NCBI GenBank assembly: GCA_036404755.1
Contig: DASWYX010000373.1
Coordinates: 1 to 41,193 of the forward strand
Origin: Pseudoduganella sp.
GTDB lineage: Bacteria; Pseudomonadota; Gammaproteobacteria; Burkholderiales; Burkholderiaceae_D
Length of the DNA stretch: 41,193 nucleotides
Direction of reading: 5' to 3'
This document shows positions 35,590-41,193 of this stretch, one piece after another (the stretch's first letter is position 1; every line of letters starts with the position of its first letter). Under the pieces are notes generated by a model. It worked only from the letters and a program-made list of their open reading frames with translations, did no database searches and was not told the DNA's origin. The translations under genes were made by a program, and so were the position numbers.

Positions 35590-36352
35590 AGATCCTGTCG
35601 TCGCTCCCGTACCTGAGCCGGTTGCCGCCGCGGCAGCCGATGGCGTGCCGCCGCGCTTTGCCTGTTTCGTGGCCGGCACCGACACCGAAATCGGCAAGAC
35701 ACTGACGTCGTCCGCCATGCTGTACGCACTGGTGCGGCGCGGCGTGCGCGCCTGCGGCATGAAGCCGGTCGCCGCCGGCGCCGTGATGAAGAACGGCGAG
35801 CTGCATAACGACGATGCGGACCAGCTGGCCGAAGCGGGCAATGTCTCGCTGCCGCAGTCGCTGACCACGCCCTTCATGCTGGAAGAGCCGGCGGCGCCGC
35901 ACATCGCCGCCGCGCTGGAAGGCCGCAAGATCGACCCTGTGCCGATCCTCGCCGCCTACCTAGAAATCGCAGCGCTGACCGACGCCACCGTCGTGGAGGG
36001 CGTGGGCGGCTTCCGCGTGCCGCTGACCGACGAATACGACACCGCCGACCTGGCGCAGCAGCTTGCGCTGCCGGTGGTGCTGGTGGTCGGCCTGCGCCTG
36101 GGCTGCATCAACCACGCGCTGCTGACCGTCGAAGCGATCCAGTCGCGCGGCCTCAAACTGGTGGGCTGGGTCGCCAACACGCTGGAGCTGGAATTCAATT
36201 TCGCGGACGAGAATATCGCCGCCCTGGAAGCGCGCATTCCCGCGCCGCTGCTGGGCCGCATTCCGCGCCTGTCCCAGCCGAGCGCCGCCGCCGCCGCCGA
36301 GTACCTTGACTTTACGCGCCTGCCCAACTGGCCCGCGCGCCCGACCAGATAA
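35579..36352 (+). CDS. bioD: Dethiobiotin synthase
   Basis: [10 protein letters not shown]-loop, [22 protein letters not shown]; ATG 35579 with SD AGGAGG. Confidence 0.94.
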   Translation: MALEDPVVAPVPEPVAAAAADGVPPRFACFVAGTDTEIGKTLTSSAMLYALVRRGVRACGMKPVAAGAVMKNGELHNDDADQLAEAGNVSLPQSLTTPFMLEEPAAPHIAAALEGRKIDPVPILAAYLEIAALTDATVVEGVGGFRVPLTDEYDTADLAQQLALPVVLVVGLRLGCINHALLTVEAIQSRGLKLVGWVANTLELEFNFADENIAALEARIPAPLLGRIPRLSQPSAAAAAEYLDFTRLPNWPARPTR

Positions 36353-36373
36353 CACCAGATCCGCCACTGCGGC

Positions 36374-36396
36374 GTAGGGCGGATCATCGATCCGCC
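36374..36396 (+). repeat. GTAG-type REP palindrome GTAGGGCGGATCATCGATCCGCC
   Basis: One mismatch to the copies at 28184 and 37488; in the bioD-bioB gap. Confidence 0.85.
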
Positions 36397-36423
36397 ATCC
36401 CAGAACAGAGAGGAAAAGAAACG

Positions 36424-37464
36424 ATGTCCCTGCAAGAACCGAAAACCGTCGAACTGCACCGTCCCACCGCCCCCATCACGCTGCCGCAGGACGCCACCTG
36501 GCCGCTGCAGGAAGTGCTGGCCCTGTACGAACTGCCCTTCCACGAGCTGATGTTCCGCGCCCAGCAAACCCACCGCGCGCACTGGCCGGATGGCGACGTT
36601 GAGCTGGCGACCCTGCTGTCCATCAAGACCGGCGGTTGCGAAGAGGATTGCAGCTACTGCCCGCAAGCCGCGCGCTACGACACCGGCGTGGAAGCCAAGA
36701 AGATCCTGGACCTGGACACCGTCCTCGACGCCGCAAAGCAGGCCAAGGAAAACGGCGCCACCCGCTTCTGCATGGGCGCCGCCTGGCGCAGCCCGAAAGA
36801 GCGCGACATGGAAAAGGTCGAGACGATGGTGCGCGAAGTGAAGGCCCTGGGCCTGGAAACCTGCGCCACGCTGGGCATGCTGGAAGCGGAACAGGCGCAG
36901 CGCCTGAAGGATGCGGGCCTGGACTACTACAACCACAACCTGGACACGGCGCCTGAGTTCTACAACAACATCATCTCGACCCGCGAGTACCAGGACCGCC
37001 TGGACACGCTGGGCCACGTGCGCAATGCGGGCCTGAAGGTCTGCTGCGGCGGCATCGTGGGCATGGGCGAAACGCGCGAGCAGCGCGCGGGCCTGATCGC
37101 GCAGCTGGCGAACCTGAATCCGTATCCGGAATCGGTGCCGGTCAATCACCTGGTGCAGGTGGAAGGCACGCCGCTGTATGGCATGGACAAGCTGGACCCG
37201 CTGGAATTCGTACGCACCATCGCCATCGCGCGCATCACGATGCCGAAGGCGCGCGTGCGCCTGTCCGCCGGCCGCCGCGAGCTGGGCGAGGCAGTGCAGG
37301 CCATGTGCTTCATGGCTGGCGCCAACTCGATCTTCTACGGCGACAAGCTGCTGACGACCGATAACCCGGAAGCCAACGATGACCGCGCGCTGCTGGCCAA
37401 GCTGGGCCTGCCGACCCGTGCCACGACGCTGGATTCGGTGCAAAAGGAAGCCTGCGGCTGCTGA
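36424..37464 (+). CDS. bioB: Biotin synthase (radical SAM)
   Basis: [16 protein letters not shown] (CxxxCxxC), [35 protein letters not shown]. Confidence 0.96.
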   Translation: MSLQEPKTVELHRPTAPITLPQDATWPLQEVLALYELPFHELMFRAQQTHRAHWPDGDVELATLLSIKTGGCEEDCSYCPQAARYDTGVEAKKILDLDTVLDAAKQAKENGATRFCMGAAWRSPKERDMEKVETMVREVKALGLETCATLGMLEAEQAQRLKDAGLDYYNHNLDTAPEFYNNIISTREYQDRLDTLGHVRNAGLKVCCGGIVGMGETREQRAGLIAQLANLNPYPESVPVNHLVQVEGTPLYGMDKLDPLEFVRTIAIARITMPKARVRLSAGRRELGEAVQAMCFMAGANSIFYGDKLLTTDNPEANDDRALLAKLGLPTRATTLDSVQKEACGC

Positions 37465-37487
37465 GACGCCCGCGCCACGCGTAGCGT

Positions 37488-37510
37488 GTAGGGCGGATCA
37501 TTGATCCGCC
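37488..37510 (+). repeat. GTAG-type REP palindrome GTAGGGCGGATCATTGATCCGCC
   Basis: Identical to 28184-28206; in the bioB-liuD gap. Confidence 0.85.
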
Positions 37511-37557
37511 GCTGAACGGCCCGGAACCAAAACATAAAACGAGGATAGAGAGAGACC

Positions 37558-39588
37558 ATGTTCAAAAAAATCCTGATCGCCAACCGCGGCGAAATTGCCT
37601 GCCGTGTTGCCGCCACCGCACGCCGCCTCGGCATCCGCACTGTTGCGGTCTATTCCGAAGCGGACGCCGATGCCAAGCACGTTGCGGTCTGCGACGAAGC
37701 GGTGAACATCGGCCCGGCGCCGGCAAAAGAGTCCTACCTCTGCGGCGACAAGCTGATCGCGGTGGCGCTGGCAACGGGCGCCGAAGCCATCCACCCCGGC
37801 TATGGTTTCCTCTCCGAGAACGCCGAATTTGCCGACGCCTGTGCGGAAGCGGGCCTGGTCTTCATTGGCCCGCCGGCTTCGGCCATGCGCGCCATGGGTT
37901 CCAAGTCCGCCGCCAAGCAGCTGATGGAAAAGGCCAATGTGCCGCTGGTTCCCGGCTATCACGGCGACAATCAGGACACCGCCTTCCTGCAACAACAGGC
38001 CGACCGCATCGGCTATCCCGTATTGCTGAAGGCTTCGGCCGGCGGCGGAGGCAAGGGCATGCGCGTGGTCGAGAGCTCCGCTGCCTTCGCCGACGCACTG
38101 GCCTCCTGCAAGCGCGAAGCGATCAGCTCCTTCGGTGACGACAAGGTACTGGCCGAGAAGTACTTGCTGCGTCCCCGCCACATCGAAATCCAGGTGTTTG
38201 CCGACACACACGGCAATTGCATCTACCTGTTCGAGCGTGACTGCTCTGTGCAGCGGCGCCACCAGAAAGTGCTGGAAGAAGCGCCCGCGCCGGGCATGGA
38301 CGCGGAACGCCGCGCCGCGATGGGCGAAGCCGCGGTGGCAGCCGCAAAGGCGGTCGGCTACGTTGGCGCCGGCACCGTGGAATTCATCGCCAACCAGGAC
38401 GGCAGCTTCTACTTCATGGAGATGAACACCCGCCTGCAGGTGGAGCACCCGGTCACCGAAATGATCACCGGCACCGACCTGGTCGAATGGCAGCTGCGCG
38501 TTGCCGCCGGCGAGCCGCTGCCGAAGAAGCAGGACGAGCTGACCATCAACGGCCACGCCATCGAAGCGCGTATCTATGCGGAGAATCCGGAGAAGGGCTT
38601 CCTGCCGTCCATCGGCACGCTGCGCCACCTCGATACGCCGGACGCGGTCAATTTCGAACTGGGCGGCGTGCCCGGACACCCGGCCGCCGTGCGCGTCGAT
38701 TCCGGCGTGCGCGAAGGCGATGCGATTTCGCCGTTCTACGACCCGATGATCGCAAAGCTCATCGTCTGGGGCGCGGACCGCAAGCAGGCGCTGGCCCGCA
38801 TGGCGCAGGCGCTGTCGCAGTACCAGATCGTGGGCCTGGCGACCAATATCGCCTTCCTCAAGCGCCTGGTCGAAGGCGATGCCTTCTCCAGCGCCGACCT
38901 GGATACGGGCCTGATCGAGCGTAACCAGGAATCGCTGTTCCCGCCTGCACGTTCGGTACCCGTGGCCGCCGTGGCGCTGGCCGCCGTGTCACTGATCGAA
39001 GAAGAGAAGGACAAGTCCGCCGCGCAATCGGGCGCGAACAAGGGCGACCCGTGGGGCCAGGCCCTCGGCTGGCGCATGAATTTCCACTATGCCCGCAAGC
39101 TGGCCTTCAGCGACGAGCATGGAAAAAGCTACGAGCCGCTGGTGACTTACCTGCCGCACGGCTGGCAATTCGCAATCAAGGGTATCGAAGCCGGTCTGAC
39201 CCTGCAGTCGCAGAAGGGCGTTGATTTCAGCGTCAAGCTGGGCGAAACTTCCGTGCACGGCACCGTGCGCCGCGACGGCGACATTTTCCATGTCTTCACC
39301 GGCGGTGGACATTATGTGCTCGACTATAACGATCCGATGGCCCACGCAGGCGAATCGGAAGCAGAGGGAGGACGCCTGACCGCGCCGATGCCTGGCAAGG
39401 TAGTCGCGGTGCTGGCCGCGAATGGCCAGGAAGTGAAAAAAGGAGATGCGCTCGTCATCATGGAAGCGATGAAGATGGAACATACCATCTCCGCTCCGCA
39501 CGATGGCGTGGTGGAGGAAGTGCTGTACGCAGTGGGCGACCAGGTCGCCGACGGCGCTCCTCTGCTGGCATTCAAGGCTGCTGCGTAG
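37558..39588 (+). CDS. liuD: 3-methylcrotonyl-CoA carboxylase, biotin carboxylase/biotin-carrier (alpha) subunit
   Basis: ILIANRGEIA, HPGYGFLSEN, GGGGKGMR, EMNTRLQVEHPVTE, EAMKM biotinylation motif. Confidence 0.93.
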   Translation: MFKKILIANRGEIACRVAATARRLGIRTVAVYSEADADAKHVAVCDEAVNIGPAPAKESYLCGDKLIAVALATGAEAIHPGYGFLSENAEFADACAEAGLVFIGPPASAMRAMGSKSAAKQLMEKANVPLVPGYHGDNQDTAFLQQQADRIGYPVLLKASAGGGGKGMRVVESSAAFADALASCKREAISSFGDDKVLAEKYLLRPRHIEIQVFADTHGNCIYLFERDCSVQRRHQKVLEEAPAPGMDAERRAAMGEAAVAAAKAVGYVGAGTVEFIANQDGSFYFMEMNTRLQVEHPVTEMITGTDLVEWQLRVAAGEPLPKKQDELTINGHAIEARIYAENPEKGFLPSIGTLRHLDTPDAVNFELGGVPGHPAAVRVDSGVREGDAISPFYDPMIAKLIVWGADRKQALARMAQALSQYQIVGLATNIAFLKRLVEGDAFSSADLDTGLIERNQESLFPPARSVPVAAVALAAVSLIEEEKDKSAAQSGANKGDPWGQALGWRMNFHYARKLAFSDEHGKSYEPLVTYLPHGWQFAIKGIEAGLTLQSQKGVDFSVKLGETSVHGTVRRDGDIFHVFTGGGHYVLDYNDPMAHAGESEAEGGRLTAPMPGKVVAVLAANGQEVKKGDALVIMEAMKMEHTISAPHDGVVEEVLYAVGDQVADGAPLLAFKAAA

Positions 39589-39599
39589 GAGGAGATACC

Positions 39600-40532
39600 A
39601 TGCGCATTTTGCTGCACAGGGCGGACGGCAAGACCGAGCCCTGGATCAAGGATTTTGCCCGTCACCTGCCGGAAGCGGAGGTCGTGGTGTGGCAGCCCGG
39701 CGTCAAGGCCGCGCCCTGCGACTACGCCATCGTGTGGTCGCCGCCGGAGGCCATGCTGCGCGAATTGTCCGAAGTGAAGGCCATCTTCCTCACGGGGGCG
39801 GGGGCCGACGCCATCCTCAAGTTCGAGCAGGAAATCTCGCACGACATCCCCATCATCCGCCTCGGCGACGCGGGCATGGGCGTGCAGATGGCGGAGTACG
39901 TGTCGCACGCGGTGCTGCGCTATTTCCGCCGCCTGGACGAATACGACACCCAGGCACGCGCCGGCGTCTGGGACCAGCTCCCGCATCACCACAAGGAAGA
40001 CTTCGCGGTCGGCGTGCTGGGCATGGGCGTGCTGGGCATGCGCGTGATCCACGCGCTGAAGGAATTCGGCTTCCCCGTGCGCGGCTGGAGCCGCACCGAG
40101 AAGCATGTGGACGGTGTGCAGTGCTTCCACGGCCCGGAAGGCCTGGACACCTTCCTGCGCGGCTCGAACGCGGTGGTGTGCATGCTGCCGCTGACGCCTG
40201 AAACGAATAATGTGCTCAACCGCGGCAATATGCTGAAGCTGCCGCAGGGCGCCTACATCATCAATGTGGCGCGCGGCGCGCACGTCAACGAGCCCGATCT
40301 GCTCAACCTGATCAAGTCCGGCCACATCGCAGGCGCCACGCTGGACGTGTTCCGCAACGAGCCGCTGCCGATGCAGCACCCGTTCTGGCAGGAGCCGCGC
40401 GTCACCATCACGCCGCACATCGCCGCGCTGACCCTGCGCCGCGAGAGCGTGCAGCAGATCGCTGGCAAGATCCGCCGGCTGGAAAAGGGCGAACCGGTCG
40501 CCGACGTCATCAACCGTTTGCATGGATACTGA
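39600..40532 (+). CDS. ghrA: Glyoxylate/hydroxypyruvate reductase A-like 2-hydroxyacid dehydrogenase
   Basis: GAGAD, QMAEY, GVLGMGVLG, LPLTPET, INVARG, LDVF..EPLP, TPHIAA. Confidence 0.85.
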   Translation: MRILLHRADGKTEPWIKDFARHLPEAEVVVWQPGVKAAPCDYAIVWSPPEAMLRELSEVKAIFLTGAGADAILKFEQEISHDIPIIRLGDAGMGVQMAEYVSHAVLRYFRRLDEYDTQARAGVWDQLPHHHKEDFAVGVLGMGVLGMRVIHALKEFGFPVRGWSRTEKHVDGVQCFHGPEGLDTFLRGSNAVVCMLPLTPETNNVLNRGNMLKLPQGAYIINVARGAHVNEPDLLNLIKSGHIAGATLDVFRNEPLPMQHPFWQEPRVTITPHIAALTLRRESVQQIAGKIRRLEKGEPVADVINRLHGY

Positions 40533-40534
40533 TC

Positions 40535-41193
40535 ATGAGTTTGCCGAAGAAGGTCAAGATTGTTGAAGTGGGCCCGCGCGACGGGCTGCAGAACGAAAAG
40601 GGCGAGGTGCCGGCCGACGTGAAGATCGCGCTGGTGAACCGCTTGACCGAGGCGGGCTTCCCGAATATCGAGGCGGCTTCCTTCGTGTCGCCGAAGTGGG
40701 TGCCGCAGATGGCCACCTCGAAGGAAGTGATGGCCGGGATCACCCGCAAGCCCGGCGTGATCTATTCGGCGCTGACACCGAATATGCAGGGCTTCGAGGC
40801 GGCGCTTGCCGCCGGCGCGGACGAGGTGGTGATTTTCGGCGCCGCGTCCGAAGCTTTCTCGCAGCGGAATATCAATTGCTCGATTGCGGAATCGATCGAG
40901 CGCTTCGTTCCCGTGGCGAAGGCGGCCAAGGAACACAAGCTGCGCCTGCGCGCTTCCGTCAGCACGGCGTTCGGCTGCCCGTACCAGGGCGAGGTGCCGC
41001 TGGAATCCGTGGCCTTTGTCGTGGGCCGCATGCGCGACCTGGGCTGCGATGAAATCGATATCGCCGACACCATCGGCGTTTCCACGCCGCGCAAGACGCA
41101 GGCGGTGATGGAAACCGCGATCCGCAAATTCCGTATCGACGGGCTGTCCGGCCACTTCCACGATACCTACGGCCAGGCGCTGGCGAATATCTA
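40535..41193 (+). CDS. liuE: Hydroxymethylglutaryl-CoA lyase (3' end outside window)
   Basis: Translated by eye: MSLPKKVKIVEVGPRDGLQNE, SFVSPKWVPQMA, FGCPYQG, ADTIG, HFHDTYGQALAN; absent from the ORF track because it has no stop in the window. Confidence 0.93.
   Translation, partial: MSLPKKVKIVEVGPRDGLQNEKGEVPADVKIALVNRLTEAGFPNIEAASFVSPKWVPQMATSKEVMAGITRKPGVIYSALTPNMQGFEAALAAGADEVVIFGAASEAFSQRNINCSIAESIERFVPVAKAAKEHKLRLRASVSTAFGCPYQGEVPLESVAFVVGRMRDLGCDEIDIADTIGVSTPRKTQAVMETAIRKFRIDGLSGHFHDTYGQALANI

Noticed and set aside
28092-37510. Repeated 23-mers as a CRISPR array
   Set aside because: Copies are dispersed or inverted, with no regular spacers and no cas genes; they fit GTAG REPs.

Overview
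GC-rich betaproteobacterial chromosome segment; gene order and protein style suggest Oxalobacteraceae, Massilia-like (inference). The two ends belong to one leucine/branched-chain acyl-CoA catabolic cluster. The left end holds aceK, a thiolase, an SDR and an acyl-CoA dehydrogenase. The right end holds ychJ, liuB, liuC, an inserted bioAFDB block, liuD, ghrA and liuE. About 26 kb of other genes lie between them. (1) A split OmpR/RstAB-like two-component system surrounds three envelope genes (PrcB-domain lipoprotein, MipA/OmpV, hypothetical); its two promoter regions share an identical 17-bp box. (2) A ~20 kb locus looks like a peptidoglycan-scavenging system: TonB-dependent receptor, orphan peptide-binding protein, SpmAB-fusion membrane protein, LD- and DD-peptidases, D-Ala-D-Ala dipeptidase, amidase, DigH-like glycosidase, AmpG-like permease, BadF-type sugar kinase, MurQ, serine hydrolase, D-amino-acid dehydrogenase, and LysR and GntR regulators. 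Seven promoters of that locus share one fixed architecture: a YATAAC-N5-GTTATR-like box, a 13-nt gap, TTTCAT, and a -10 element 44-45 nt from the box. This points to a single LysR regulon. Also present: a 140-bp MITE-like element and four GTAG-type REP copies. No rRNA, tRNA, CRISPR, transposase or phage genes were seen.
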